This document shows positions 1-10,560 of a stretch of 64,000 nt of DNA, one piece after another (the first letter of the stretch is position 1; each line of letters starts with the position of its first letter). Where the stretch lies: positions 504,684 through 568,683 of the forward strand of contig CAWJQU010000004.1 of NCBI GenBank assembly GCA_963845145.1, given 5' to 3'. Source of the DNA: an uncultured delta proteobacterium (lineage in GTDB: Bacteria > Desulfobacterota > Desulfobacteria > Desulfobacterales > QNYZ01). A program made the position numbers and the translations under genes. The notes under the pieces were generated by a model. The model had not been told where the DNA came from. It saw only the letters and a program-made list of their open reading frames with translations, and made no database searches.

Positions 1-392
1 TCGTCGCTATTTACCACCGCTTCTTTTAAAGAGAGCGCACCCAGGTCAAGCATGTCCATTTTAAAAACATGTTCCATGGTATCGGCGATCATGGGGCCGG
101 ATTCGCCACTGTGGGTATGTGATGCAAAAGCGCCCGCCGGTTTACCGGCTAGTTCAGCCTTTTCAGCTAAAAAAAGGAATGTTTTCATCCCAGCGGTCAT
201 GTCTTTATGATAGGTGGGGCAACCAAAAATATAGCCGTCATATCCGGCAAGGTCTTTAGCGCTACTAATTTCTTTTGTTTTTTTAACTTCCGGAGTGGCG
301 CCGGAAAAGCGGATTCCCTCGGCAATGTATTCGGCCATTTTGGCGGTGTTTCCGGAACGACTGACGTACGCAACCAGCACTTTTTTCATCAT
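1..392 (-). CDS. Flavodoxin-like protein (partial; 3' end outside window)
   Basis: Manual translation MMKKVLVAYVSRSGNTAKMAEYIAEG...YIFGCPTY...: FMN-binding SRSGNT loop and GCPTY motif; GGAG RBS upstream. Not in the ORF track because it runs off the window. Confidence 0.85.
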   Translation of the reverse strand, partial: MMKKVLVAYVSRSGNTAKMAEYIAEGIRFSGATPEVKKTKEISSAKDLAGYDGYIFGCPTYHKDMTAGMKTFLFLAEKAELAGKPAGAFASHTHSGESGPMIADTMEHVFKMDMLDLGALSLKEAVVNSD

Positions 393-628
393 CCTGCTCC
401 TTTTTGAATGTTTAAGTGGTTTATATGATTGAATCTTTTTCGATCAATCTGGTTGAACCATTCTGGGCGGTTTTGTCGGCCAGCTTATAAACCAATAGTT
501 TGGTTACACGTTGGTTACCGTGCGGTTGTTTATATTAATTTTGATACGATGTCAAATTCAGGCACATCACATTTGAGGTGCGGCATTGATTTATTGTGAC
601 AACTTGTCGGTGTGTATCAAGGGGGGCA

Positions 629-3600
629 TCATTTCGGGGAGACACGAAGCGTACCGAAGATGGCGAACCGTTCCACCGCCTGATCGAGAAGGTTTTCGGG
701 AAAAACCGGTTTGATCAATCGTTCCAGGTCGTTCGCTTTCTTGGCAAAAGCCAATTCGGTTTCTGCCTTGAATCGTTGGCGTTGGTCGGGGTTGATGTCG
801 GCCAGGGTGATTTTAAGGGGGTTGACGCGGCACCTGATGATGGGTTCAAAGGGTAGCCAGGCAAAATCCGGGTTTTCAAGGGTGGCGGTCACAAGATTAT
901 GTAGGTATTCGGTAGCCTCATCGGCATCCGCATGAAATGTAAATTCGATGGCATTTTGTGCGCTTATCAGGTGAATGGTGAGGGGCCTTTTTCCGATCCA
1001 GCGGCGGGTCGTCTGGGTCGTCAAACAGGCCAGGTAAAAGAGGAGCGGATTAATTAAATGTCTGCTCGGTTTTTTACTTAATTTTTTGACGCCAACAGGA
1101 ACCAATACATGCCAACCGGTATCGTTATCACGCCACAACCAACGTAGGTGGCCATGCAGAACAAGGCTCACGATTTCTCCGTTCCGGCGGGGAATCGACA
1201 GGGGGAGTGGTTCAAAACGTTTGATATGGCCACCGGTAGGGGATCCCGCCGGATTAATGGGTAGATCTGGAGGTAGATCTATGGGATCGCCGAAGATGGC
1301 AGCGGCCAAGGGTTTTTGGGCTGACATGGCCTGTTCAATCAGTGGCGCTCCCCTGGATAACATGGCCGCGAGCGCCTTTCGAAAGGTGGCCTGATCGATG
1401 TCGGCAAAAAAACCGTCAGGTGTGGCGCTTTGACGGGAGTATTCGGCATAGGTTTGGTCGAAAAGATCATGCGCTGCCTGCTCGTCATGGCAGGTTTTCT
1501 TTCCCTCGAAAATGGAACCAAGCCATTGGGTAAAAGGCAGCATTTTTAACCGCCAATCCAATGGATATTCGGAGGCAAAGGGCTCATCTTCCATTTGAAT
1601 GCTTTCTTCCAGACTGTTTTCGTCCTCAAAAAGACCTAAATGGTATTGCAAACTCGCATGAATGGGGTTTTGTAAAAAACGTGTCAGACGGTATAATTGA
1701 ACCTCCGCCTGAAAAATATCTTCGTTTTGCAATGGGTTTGACGCGTTACGAGCAGCGAGGTCTGGATTGATGCGGGAGATGCGTCGGTTATCGGATGGGG
1801 TTAAGCGAGACTGAACCTCAGGCCAGGACCCGGTGGATCGGTAAGCAACCACTCGGTCGATAAGATGATCGTTGACACGTACATCGGACCAGGAAGTGAC
1901 GGCTCCAAGCTTGATATATTCCGGACTGCTGCTTTTAAGGGGGACGGCGCTCAATTGAAATGATTGTCCCTGGGGGAGTACTCTGGCTTCCACAAAATGC
2001 TTTAGTTGGTTTACCACTGTGTTGGGTGGTAATAAGCGGTCTTTTTGAAGATCACGGGAAATATAACTGATATATAGCTTTTCACGGGCTGCGAGCAAGG
2101 TTTCTAAAAACAGATAGCGGTTTTTTTCAGGGAGGCTGATATCTCCGATTCGGCGTTTTTGGCGACGTAGATCCAAAACAGTTGGTTCCTCCCGCCCGGG
2201 AAATCCACCCTCCTCCATACCCAAAACATAAATAATTTTAAAAGGGATGGGGCGCATGGGGGTCAATTCGGAAATAGTGACACCACCGGTCAGATAATCG
2301 CCACTACCGCCGGAGATGGCGCCCAGTCCATAGCGGAGATATTCGCTGATCAAGGTGGCATCTATCAGGGATTGGCCCTTCTGGTCGGCTAACCGTTCAA
2401 AGAAAGACAGGTTATCCAGGGCCTGAAACAAGCCCCGCTGAACGGCGCTTTCCCCTCGGTATTCGGGCGGTATCGATAGCTGCTCGCCGCAAACCGTTAG
2501 CAGCGCATCCCGCCACTGTCCAACCGTCGCCCGACCCAAATTTAAAGATGTGGCCGCACGATCCAGTGCTTCAACTACCAAACAAAATTTTTCCAGTGAA
2601 TCCGTATTGCTGGTATGCAAGTCGGCATAGGGCACCAGATTTTGATAGTGGCGTGTTTTAGCCCCTGCGGTGTCATCGCTGGAAAAGATGCGCGCCAGGC
2701 GGAGACGTTGCAGCCCCTGTTTAAATGTAAAACGACCACTTTGGGGTGCCCCTTGTGACGGTGATTCCTTTTTCTGGAACATATGGAAAATATTAAGCGA
2801 TTCGGCCCACTTGGCCCAGATTCGGACCTCGTCGGGTTCCACTTGCCATTTGTGCATAAAACATGGGTTTAAAATCAATTCAAAGACGGTTTTGCGGGAA
2901 AAGCGTTCCGTGGCCAGCGAAAGCAAGCCCAACACCGACTGGCCGTAGACACTTTCGATATCAGCCCGTGAATCGATTAGACTGTAGGTTAATCGTTTGG
3001 GGACACGGTTAAAAACTTGGTCAAAAACCGGTTTATAGGCGGTGATATTTGGGACCAGTATTGCGAAATCAGTGAGTTGCAGTCGATCATTTCGGGAAAG
3101 ATTATAGACGATATTGTTGTACACGGTCTCTACTTCCCGTTGGATACCCGGGCAGCCATAGATTTGCAATGAACGGTCTTGATTCAGACGTTCGGAGGGG
3201 TGATCTTTTCCGAGGGTCAGAATGTTGTTTTGAATGGTTGCCAGTACCGTCCCTAACTGGTTATCTGATCGGTTAAAGGGTGAAAATCCGGCGTGAAAGA
3301 CATAGTCCGTCAATTGACAAAGCAGGCGAACGCTTTCACGACCGGGTTTACCCCAGGCGGATAACAAGGGGTGTTGCTCCGTATTATCAAGTTCTCCAGC
3401 CGCCATTTCCTCTTCTCGAAGGGATAGTCGGGGATTTCGATGCTTGATCCATCGCTTCTCCGACGGTGTTCGAATATCCTCCCAGAATTCGCGCGAGGGA
3501 TTGAGGGCATAGATATAGATATCATAATAGGGTGTTAACCGGTCGATGAGGGTTAGATGGAAAGCGGAGACTTGGGATAAACCAAATAAATGGATCCGTT

Positions 3601-4306
3601 TTTCTTCAGCGTTGGCCCGAATCGGCTGATCTTTGTTTGATATAACCTGATCGGCATACTCCATTAAGGACAACACGGATTCACCGGTGCGGGTGCGAAG
3701 CGCATTGCGGGTTTTGATCATTGCGAGATAGATGAGCTGTTCACACCGGGCGAGGTCGTTTTTCTCCACATATCCGTCCTGCCAACGACGGATCATATCG
3801 GTGCGATGGTATTCATACTCCTGAAAAAGATAGGCCAGTCTTTCGGCCAGTTGCCAGAGTCGAACGGTGTAATCGGATTTTTTTTGACCGTCCGGTTTGT
3901 ACAAATACCCCACAACCGATGCCATTTCCACATTCGCTGTTTCTAAGTGAATCAGCTCAAATAGGATCAGAAGCCTGGATTTGATATTATCGAGCCATTC
4001 GGTGGGTTGTTCTTTATTGGGTTGATCCTCATTGGGTCGTTTTTTGGGTCCTGATTGCGTTTTAAGATCCAATGCCGCGATCATTTGCCACAATCCGATT
4101 TCCAGAAATTGAAAATCCAAATTCATGGCGATGGTGTCTCGTTGGGCGAGCATCAGCGTTAGCCATTTGGCCAGATTGGTGTTGGGAATAATTATTTTTA
4201 AAGGGAGAAACGGGTCGTCAGTCTCTTGCCGATCGGCGTCCATGTTTCGGGCCAGCTTTTCAGCCAGATGTTCGAGGTGGTTGCTAAAAAAAAGGTCAAC
4301 ACCCAT
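629..4306 (-). CDS. recC: Exodeoxyribonuclease V gamma subunit (RecC)
   Basis: 1225 aa; N-terminal SNHLEHLAEKL, NPSREFW, HPLLSAWGKPGRE, REVETVYN, LTPMRPIPFKIIYVLGM and RYLFLETLLAAREKLYISY are RecC hallmarks. Confidence 0.9.
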   Translation of the reverse strand: MGVDLFFSNHLEHLAEKLARNMDADRQETDDPFLPLKIIIPNTNLAKWLTLMLAQRDTIAMNLDFQFLEIGLWQMIAALDLKTQSGPKKRPNEDQPNKEQPTEWLDNIKSRLLILFELIHLETANVEMASVVGYLYKPDGQKKSDYTVRLWQLAERLAYLFQEYEYHRTDMIRRWQDGYVEKNDLARCEQLIYLAMIKTRNALRTRTGESVLSLMEYADQVISNKDQPIRANAEEKRIHLFGLSQVSAFHLTLIDRLTPYYDIYIYALNPSREFWEDIRTPSEKRWIKHRNPRLSLREEEMAAGELDNTEQHPLLSAWGKPGRESVRLLCQLTDYVFHAGFSPFNRSDNQLGTVLATIQNNILTLGKDHPSERLNQDRSLQIYGCPGIQREVETVYNNIVYNLSRNDRLQLTDFAILVPNITAYKPVFDQVFNRVPKRLTYSLIDSRADIESVYGQSVLGLLSLATERFSRKTVFELILNPCFMHKWQVEPDEVRIWAKWAESLNIFHMFQKKESPSQGAPQSGRFTFKQGLQRLRLARIFSSDDTAGAKTRHYQNLVPYADLHTSNTDSLEKFCLVVEALDRAATSLNLGRATVGQWRDALLTVCGEQLSIPPEYRGESAVQRGLFQALDNLSFFERLADQKGQSLIDATLISEYLRYGLGAISGGSGDYLTGGVTISELTPMRPIPFKIIYVLGMEEGGFPGREEPTVLDLRRQKRRIGDISLPEKNRYLFLETLLAAREKLYISYISRDLQKDRLLPPNTVVNQLKHFVEARVLPQGQSFQLSAVPLKSSSPEYIKLGAVTSWSDVRVNDHLIDRVVAYRSTGSWPEVQSRLTPSDNRRISRINPDLAARNASNPLQNEDIFQAEVQLYRLTRFLQNPIHASLQYHLGLFEDENSLEESIQMEDEPFASEYPLDWRLKMLPFTQWLGSIFEGKKTCHDEQAAHDLFDQTYAEYSRQSATPDGFFADIDQATFRKALAAMLSRGAPLIEQAMSAQKPLAAAIFGDPIDLPPDLPINPAGSPTGGHIKRFEPLPLSIPRRNGEIVSLVLHGHLRWLWRDNDTGWHVLVPVGVKKLSKKPSRHLINPLLFYLACLTTQTTRRWIGKRPLTIHLISAQNAIEFTFHADADEATEYLHNLVTATLENPDFAWLPFEPIIRCRVNPLKITLADINPDQRQRFKAETELAFAKKANDLERLIKPVFPENLLDQAVERFAIFGTLRVSPK

Positions 4307-4308
4307 TG

Positions 4309-4752
4309 TTACTCATTTGGCGCTGGTGGGGGATCAGCCGGACTGAGACAACGCGTCAGCCCTTGTCTAAGCCAATCCGGAAGCGGTTTTTTTTTGAAGG
4401 TGACCATATCCATGCATACCGTCGTGTGGCGACAGATAATCCGGGCCTCATCGTCTCCCTTTTTAAATGCCCGGTAGCCGAAAGTGATGGATGTTTGGCC
4501 GATATGGTGAACCGTGACTTCCACTTCAATATCATCGCCATAATTGAACGGGGCTGAGAAATCCGTTTCCAGATGTACGACGGGAAAGCCCATTTTGTGC
4601 TGATCGATAACTGTATGGTAATCGATTTTAAGTTCGGATGTGAAAAATTCTTCCAGGGCGACGTGGAAATAATGTAGAAATCGCGGGTAGTAAACGATTC
4701 CCGCCCGATCAATATCACCGAACCGAATTTTCAGCTGTGATTTAAAGGTCAT
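4309..4752 (-). CDS. Acyl-CoA thioesterase (4HBT/YbgC hot-dog family)
   Basis: RFGDIDRAGIVYYPRFLHYF motif; 147 aa. Confidence 0.9.
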   Translation of the reverse strand: MTFKSQLKIRFGDIDRAGIVYYPRFLHYFHVALEEFFTSELKIDYHTVIDQHKMGFPVVHLETDFSAPFNYGDDIEVEVTVHHIGQTSITFGYRAFKKGDDEARIICRHTTVCMDMVTFKKKPLPDWLRQGLTRCLSPADPPPAPNE

Positions 4753-5154
4753 ATTTAAATAGGGTCCCTTCGTAAAATTGTGCCAAGCTTAATTGAAGAT
4801 TGATCCAGATTCAAGGTTGATTTGTTACTTCCACCGGGGGAAGAGAGGAAATGATTGTTTTTTTGTGAATATTTCAGTTTCATTGTTGCAACTCTAAGCG
4901 AAATTAAGGGGCCAAGGGCTCCAAAGGTTTTGGTTTTAAATGAAAGGTGCCGATATCGTGGTCTTTCGGTCTGTTTGATCTATTGAAAAATTTGCCCCTT
5001 GAGCCCGGTTCGCAAGGGTGGTAAATGTGATTCGATTGGGGATACCCGTCAATGTATTTTTTGTGGCCCGAATGAATTTTTTTTGATTGTTCTGCGAGAA
5101 AAACGGGCGTTGGGGCCTGTTTATAAATAGACGTAATTTGGCTGGGAGGATGGA

Positions 5155-6309
5155 ATGGAATTCGAACTGACGAAGACTCAAAAGCAGATTCAAAAAGCAG
5201 TCCGGGATTTTGTTAAAGGTGAATTTGACAAGGAGCTCGCCTTTGAGCTGGATCAATCCCATGAATTTCCAAGAAAAATCTGGCAGAAGGCCGGTGATAT
5301 CGGTTTACTCGGCATTCATTATCCGGAAGAATATTCGGGACAGGGGATGGGCTCCATCGAAGATATCCTGGTTATTGAAGAGCTTTGTCGGGGCGACTCA
5401 TCCGTCGGTAGCGCCGTGGCCTTGGCCTCCTTTGCCTCGGAATTGATTCTGCACTATGGGTCGGACGAAATGAAAAAAAAATATTTACCTGCCGTGGCGG
5501 AAGGACGCATGCTCTCCGCGGGCGCCTTTACCGAACCGGCCCATGGATCCGATATTACCTTTATGGATACAGCGGCGGTCAAAGATGGTGACGAATGGGT
5601 CGTAAACGGGGTTAAAACATTTATTACCAATGGCGGTTTGGCCGGATTCTACTCGGTTTTGTGCCAGACAGATTCGGCGGCCAATCCCACCTATCGAGGC
5701 CAGAGCCTCATTTTGGTGGAAGCTGACCGGGAAGGGGTAACCACGGCTGATGTGGGCGCCAAAATGGGCATCCATTTGATGGCTACGGCCGAGGTATCCT
5801 TCAAAGAGGTTCGTGTTCCCCAAGAAAACCTTATCGGTGAAGAAAACAAAGGCTTTTACCATGTCCTCCACTTTTTCGATGAAAGCCGCATTCAAGTGGC
5901 CGCGCAGGCCCTGGGCATTGCCCAGGGGGCTTTTGACCGGGCTTTGGCTTATGTCAAACAGCGTGAGCAATTTGGCCGAAAAATCGCTCAATTTCAGGTA
6001 AACCAACACAAATTGGCCGACATGGCCACTAAAATTGAACTTGCCCGGCTGATCACCTATAAAGCGGCCTGGAATTTCGATCAGGGCCGTATCGACCCGA
6101 AACTGACCTCCATGGCCAAAATGGTTGCCGGGCGTACAGCCGTGGAAGTGGCCGACGAAGCCATCCAATTGCTGGGCGGATACGGGTATATGACCGAATA
6201 CGAAGTGGAGCGTTTTTACCGGGATGCCAAGATAACTGAAATTTACGAAGGTACCCGTGAAATTCAGAAAAATACGATTGCAGGTGCTGTTATCGGGAAG
6301 TTGAAATAA
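5155..6309 (+). CDS. Acyl-CoA dehydrogenase
   Basis: FTEPAHGSD, GVKTFITNG, QLLGGYGYMTEYEVERFYRDAKITEIYEGT motifs. Confidence 0.95.
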   Translation: MEFELTKTQKQIQKAVRDFVKGEFDKELAFELDQSHEFPRKIWQKAGDIGLLGIHYPEEYSGQGMGSIEDILVIEELCRGDSSVGSAVALASFASELILHYGSDEMKKKYLPAVAEGRMLSAGAFTEPAHGSDITFMDTAAVKDGDEWVVNGVKTFITNGGLAGFYSVLCQTDSAANPTYRGQSLILVEADREGVTTADVGAKMGIHLMATAEVSFKEVRVPQENLIGEENKGFYHVLHFFDESRIQVAAQALGIAQGAFDRALAYVKQREQFGRKIAQFQVNQHKLADMATKIELARLITYKAAWNFDQGRIDPKLTSMAKMVAGRTAVEVADEAIQLLGGYGYMTEYEVERFYRDAKITEIYEGTREIQKNTIAGAVIGKLK

Positions 6310-6321
6310 ACGGAACAAGCG

Positions 6322-8019
6322 ATGCTTAGTATCCGCAAAATCGGAGTGATCGGGCGCACCTATCGCCACCTGAACCGCTATCGGCAAATCCTGACCGTCC
6401 TGTTTCGTTACGGTTTCGGCGATTTGATCGAGACCCTGAAGATTGATCAATATATCGAAGTCGGTCTTCAAATGGTTTCCCGGAAAAAGCGCGATCGCCT
6501 GGACCGGTTGACCCGGGCCGAACGGGTGCGCCTCGTTTTTGAAGAGCTGGGCCCCACCTACATCAAACTGGCCCAGATCCTTTCCACCCGACCGGATCTG
6601 ATCCCCATCGATTTCATCGTGGAACTGGCACGGCTTCAGGACAAAGTGCCTTTCGTTGATTTTTCCGCAGTTGAGAAAATCATCGATGAAGAATTCGGAA
6701 AAGCCCCGGCGGAACTGTTTGACGAGATCGATCATACGCCGGTGGCTTCGGCTTCACTGGGCCAGGTGCATCTGGCCCGTACACTGGCCGGAGAACCTGT
6801 CGCCGTGAAGGTTCAACGTCCGGAGATTCGTAAAACCATTGAAGTCGATCTGGAAATCATGCTTCATCTGGCGACGCTTATGGAGCGGCACGTCGAGGAA
6901 ATGGCGTTGCACCGGCCGGTGAAAATCGTTGAAGAATTTGCCGATACGCTCGAAAAGGAGATGGATTATACGATTGAGGCCGGCAGCATGGAAAGAATGG
7001 CCCGTCTTTTTTTAAACGACAGCTCGGTTTATATCCCGGCCGTTTACCGGGAACTGACGACGCCTCGAATCCTGACCATGGAATATGTGGATGGGATTAA
7101 AATATCGGACCTGGATCGTATTGAGAAAGCCGGGTACGATAAAAAACAGATCACCGTTCGCGGGGCGGATCTCTATTTGACCCAATTTTTTGAGCACGGC
7201 TTTTTTCACGGTGATCCGCACCCGGGAAATATCTTTATACTACCCGAGCATGTGATTTGTCTGCTCGATTTCGGCATGGTGGGAACGGTGGACCGTCGTA
7301 CACGGGAGCTGTTCGTCGATTTGATCGATTGTATCATTCAGCACGAGGAAACCCGCTGTGTCCGTTTGCTTTTGCGGTTGGCCGAATGGGAAGAAGAGCC
7401 GGATATTCGTCGGCTTGAGAAAGATGTGGCCGAATTCACCAGCCGCCACCTCTACAAGCCCATCAAAGAGATCGCGATCGGTACGTTGTTGCAGCACATG
7501 CTGGATCTCACCGCCCGCCATGGTTTGCGCATTCCTCCCAATCTTTTCCTCATGATGAAGGCCCTGGCGACGGTTGAAGGCGTGGCCCGTATGCTGGACC
7601 CGGAGTTTAACCTGGTTGACCGGGCGACGCCTTTTATTCATAAAATCAAACTCGAACGGCTGCATCCCCAACGGGTGGCCGAGGATGTGTCTCATCTGGC
7701 GGCGGACTGGTACGAATTTTTAGGGCATTTTCCCCAGGATCTGATGGAAATTACACGGTTGATCCGCAGCCGCAGACTCACTTTTCGGCATGAATCCGCG
7801 GACGTTCCGAAAATTCTGGCCACATACTCCCAAATCAGCAACCGCCTATCATTTGCGATAATCATCGCCGCTCTGGTTATCGGGTCAGCCCTGATTGTCA
7901 TCTCTGAAATCCCGCCCCTGTTTTTCGGTATCTCCTTAATCGGTATTTTCGGATTTTTTGCCGCTGCCCTGATGGGTATCTGGCTGTTGATCGCCATTCT
8001 TAAAAAGGGCCGGCTTTAA
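6322..8019 (+). CDS. UbiB/AarF (ABC1) family protein kinase-like, with C-terminal TM helices
   Basis: LGPTYIKLAQILSTRPDL, ASASLGQVH, VAVKVQRP, FFHGDPHPGN, LLDFGMVG. Confidence 0.92.
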   Translation: MLSIRKIGVIGRTYRHLNRYRQILTVLFRYGFGDLIETLKIDQYIEVGLQMVSRKKRDRLDRLTRAERVRLVFEELGPTYIKLAQILSTRPDLIPIDFIVELARLQDKVPFVDFSAVEKIIDEEFGKAPAELFDEIDHTPVASASLGQVHLARTLAGEPVAVKVQRPEIRKTIEVDLEIMLHLATLMERHVEEMALHRPVKIVEEFADTLEKEMDYTIEAGSMERMARLFLNDSSVYIPAVYRELTTPRILTMEYVDGIKISDLDRIEKAGYDKKQITVRGADLYLTQFFEHGFFHGDPHPGNIFILPEHVICLLDFGMVGTVDRRTRELFVDLIDCIIQHEETRCVRLLLRLAEWEEEPDIRRLEKDVAEFTSRHLYKPIKEIAIGTLLQHMLDLTARHGLRIPPNLFLMMKALATVEGVARMLDPEFNLVDRATPFIHKIKLERLHPQRVAEDVSHLAADWYEFLGHFPQDLMEITRLIRSRRLTFRHESADVPKILATYSQISNRLSFAIIIAALVIGSALIVISEIPPLFFGISLIGIFGFFAAALMGIWLLIAILKKGRL

Positions 8020-8414
8020 GGGCATTGGGGCTGCGATTGTGAATACGCACTGATTTTTTTATCCTCATCCATAATGTGTTCGCGCACCCAGCGGAACATG
8101 AATTGCTTGAATGCGTAAAGGTCTGTCTTTCCTTTTTCGTAATCTTTGGCGTAGGCCATCAGCATCCGGGTCAAGGTTTTATGTTTGTTGGCATGGGCCT
8201 TTAATTCGGGATAATCCAATTCACGCATGTAGGTTTCTTCGTCGCTGAAATGCGCGGTAGCATACTCGAGGGTCTCTAATAAAACCTTTTCATCCCTTGA
8301 CGATGAAAACTCAGGAATCGACTGGATCATCTCGACCAATCGCTTGTGTTGCGCATCGACCGCTTGATTACCGATTAACAGTGCATCATTCCATTCGATC
8401 CTGTAATCGTCCAT
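8016..8414 (-). CDS. Bacteriohemerythrin
   Basis: Probable start MDDYRIEW at 8414 (alternative 8447); diiron ligand pattern QHKRL, HFSDEE, HANKH, HIMDED. Confidence 0.88.
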   Translation of the reverse strand: MDDYRIEWNDALLIGNQAVDAQHKRLVEMIQSIPEFSSSRDEKVLLETLEYATAHFSDEETYMRELDYPELKAHANKHKTLTRMLMAYAKDYEKGKTDLYAFKQFMFRWVREHIMDEDKKISAYSQSQPQCP

Positions 8415-8451
8415 AAAATCCCAGACGCTTTTCTCTCTATTTATCATTGGT

Positions 8452-9216
8452 TCATGCCCCAAACTGGTTATTGATGCGCCCGCTGTTTTTAAACACATCC
8501 TTGATTTTCGATTTGAGTATCTCCAGGTCCACCGGCTTTTCGAAAAACCCGGCAACCTTGTTTAAGAGGATATCGGCGTCATCGCGCATGCCCTGATATC
8601 CCGAGCAGACGATAACGGGTAGGTCTTGTTTGTATTTACGAATCTCTTTGATTAATTCGAAGCCATGCATGCCTGGCATTTTTATATCGGTGATGACCAT
8701 ATGGATATTCTCGCTTTGGATAATTTCCAGTGCCTTTTTCGCACTAGGGATGGTCAGCACTTTCCATGCGGTTTTTCGAAAAGATCGCTCATAAGCCCGA
8801 AGGATATGAACATCATCGTCCACGAAAAGTATTTGCTTGCGCGACATTTCCAATGCGTGGATGACTTTGTGGAAATTCTCTATGAGCATATCTTCCCCAT
8901 TAAATAAAAATACCGACGAGTCGCCGGAAAGCGTTAAAAACATGCTCTGGGGTGAAGCGTAACTGCGTAAAAACAGGATAACCGGGATGTTGGTATAAAA
9001 GCGCCGGCTTTGAATCAGCACATCCAGCCATTCCCACCGAACGATTCTCGGCTCCAGAACGATGATATCGATATCATTTTCATTTTGGCCGAAAAGATCA
9101 TCCGAAAGCGGATAAAAGGATACGGAATAGCCCAGCTCACTGATCGTCTGCTTGATGATCGCCAGATAATCTTCCTGATCGGGGATTGCCAGGTTACCGA
9201 TTTTAATGGTTTTCAT
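8452..9216 (-). CDS. Response regulator (degenerate N-terminal REC-like domain plus C-terminal REC)
   Basis: C-terminal ILFVDDD...VITDIKMPGMHG...CSGY...FEKP; AGGAG RBS. Confidence 0.85.
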   Translation of the reverse strand: MKTIKIGNLAIPDQEDYLAIIKQTISELGYSVSFYPLSDDLFGQNENDIDIIVLEPRIVRWEWLDVLIQSRRFYTNIPVILFLRSYASPQSMFLTLSGDSSVFLFNGEDMLIENFHKVIHALEMSRKQILFVDDDVHILRAYERSFRKTAWKVLTIPSAKKALEIIQSENIHMVITDIKMPGMHGFELIKEIRKYKQDLPVIVCSGYQGMRDDADILLNKVAGFFEKPVDLEILKSKIKDVFKNSGRINNQFGA

Positions 9217-9227
9217 TTTTTCTCCTT

Positions 9228-9386
9228 AGGGTTCGTGTAAAAATAAGTTCACAGTTTTAGGTGTTGAGGCGCCCGCCTGGCAAGGCGTGAAAGTGAAGGA
9301 ATATCGAGATATTCCGAGCTTTCGCAACGTCGCCAGACGGGATGCATCGGCGCATAAAATGTGAAATTATTTTTTGCGCGCGCCCT
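9228..9386. repeat. ~160-bp imperfect palindromic intergenic element (MITE/REP-like)
   Basis: Left arm AGGGTTCGTGTAAAAATAAGTTCACA...CCCGCCTGGC is an imperfect reverse complement of the right arm GCCAGACGGG...TGTGAAATTATTTTTTGCGCGCGCCCT; central hairpin GGAATATC-GA-GATATTCC. Confidence 0.75.
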
Positions 9387-9417
9387 GAGCCTAAGTTTTG
9401 AGGATTGATAAGCCATT

Positions 9418-10560
9418 TTACTTTTCAAGGTTTAAGACGCGAAAAGGTTCTTTCAGGCCGACATTGTCGGCATAGTTTTTTAAGCGTTGGATCATGATCG
9501 GAGTGATTTCCTGCCCACGGGAGATCAGTAATTTGTTGGTTTCAGTCTCCAGGTCGTCCTGAAGAATCATGCCTGCTTTTAATTCGTTGAGGGTTACCGC
9601 CTTGACCGTTTGCCCTGAATCAGCACCGAAGATGTTGGCCAGGGCTTCTAAAATTTGGGGGTCATAACGGTTGCTGCGCTGGTTAAGGGCCTTTAAAATA
9701 CTTTTTTTATCCATCCCGTTGGATTCAAGCAGGTCAAAATCCAGCACTACTTTCAGAATCCGCGCACCGATGGGGATATCGGTTTCTTTGAGATGATTGG
9801 CCGGTTGTCCCGAACCATCGAAGAGATTATTTTGACAAGCCACGATTTCGGCAATTTCTTCCAAACGGGGGATATGGGAGATCAGGTCGGCGGCAATTCC
9901 GGGATGCGATCGAAAGTGAAGGGCCTCTTTTTCATCAAGGGCTTGGCCGCCCTGAATTTTTTCGATGATCTCGTCGGGCATGGCGATACACCCGATCTGA
10001 GAAAGCATGGCCGCGGTTTCAACTTTCCAGATATCGGGCAGTTCAAGTTGTTCGGCCAAATCTCCCGCGTACCGTTTGATGCGCGAGGCTTTTCCAAATA
10101 TATCGGGGTTGAGCAGTGAAAGCAGCTCCGTCAGCACCTTGATGCTTCCCTGCAAGGTTTTTTCCAGCAGCTCTTTTTCCGCGCTTACCAGACGGTGATG
10201 CTCGATGGCCTGATCAATGGTGTTTGAAAGGATATCGATGGGGCAGGGCTTGGTGAGAAACCGGTAAATATGGCCTTCGTTTACGGCTTGGATCGCCTTT
10301 TGCAAATCGGCATTGCCTGTCAGCATCACCCGCACGCTGTCGGGAACCCGTTCCTTGGCTTTTGACAAGAACTGAATGCCGTCCATTCCGGGCATTTGAA
10401 GATCGGAAAGGATAACGGCGAAAGGGTCTTCGGTTTCAATGGCTTCCAACCCGCTTTCCGGGCCCATGGCGGTCTTAACCCGGTATTTTTTTCTTAATTG
10501 TCGTTTCAGCGATGATAGCAGGTTGCGATCGTCATCTACGATTAGAATGTGTTTATTCAT
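9418..10560 (-). CDS. Response regulator with degenerate HD-GYP-like output domain
   Basis: N-terminal REC (ILIVDDD, SDLQMP, TKP); the HD site reads AAMLSQIG, the GYP site reads DGSGQP; IPIGARILKV. Confidence 0.85.
   Translation of the reverse strand: MNKHILIVDDDRNLLSSLKRQLRKKYRVKTAMGPESGLEAIETEDPFAVILSDLQMPGMDGIQFLSKAKERVPDSVRVMLTGNADLQKAIQAVNEGHIYRFLTKPCPIDILSNTIDQAIEHHRLVSAEKELLEKTLQGSIKVLTELLSLLNPDIFGKASRIKRYAGDLAEQLELPDIWKVETAAMLSQIGCIAMPDEIIEKIQGGQALDEKEALHFRSHPGIAADLISHIPRLEEIAEIVACQNNLFDGSGQPANHLKETDIPIGARILKVVLDFDLLESNGMDKKSILKALNQRSNRYDPQILEALANIFGADSGQTVKAVTLNELKAGMILQDDLETETNKLLISRGQEITPIMIQRLKNYADNVGLKEPFRVLNLEK

Noticed and set aside
5485..6735. 416-aa minus-strand ORF (and similar long antisense ORFs such as 19844-20641)
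   Set aside because: Antisense shadows of well-supported genes (acyl-CoA dehydrogenase/UbiB, sigma54 activator); no recognisable motifs
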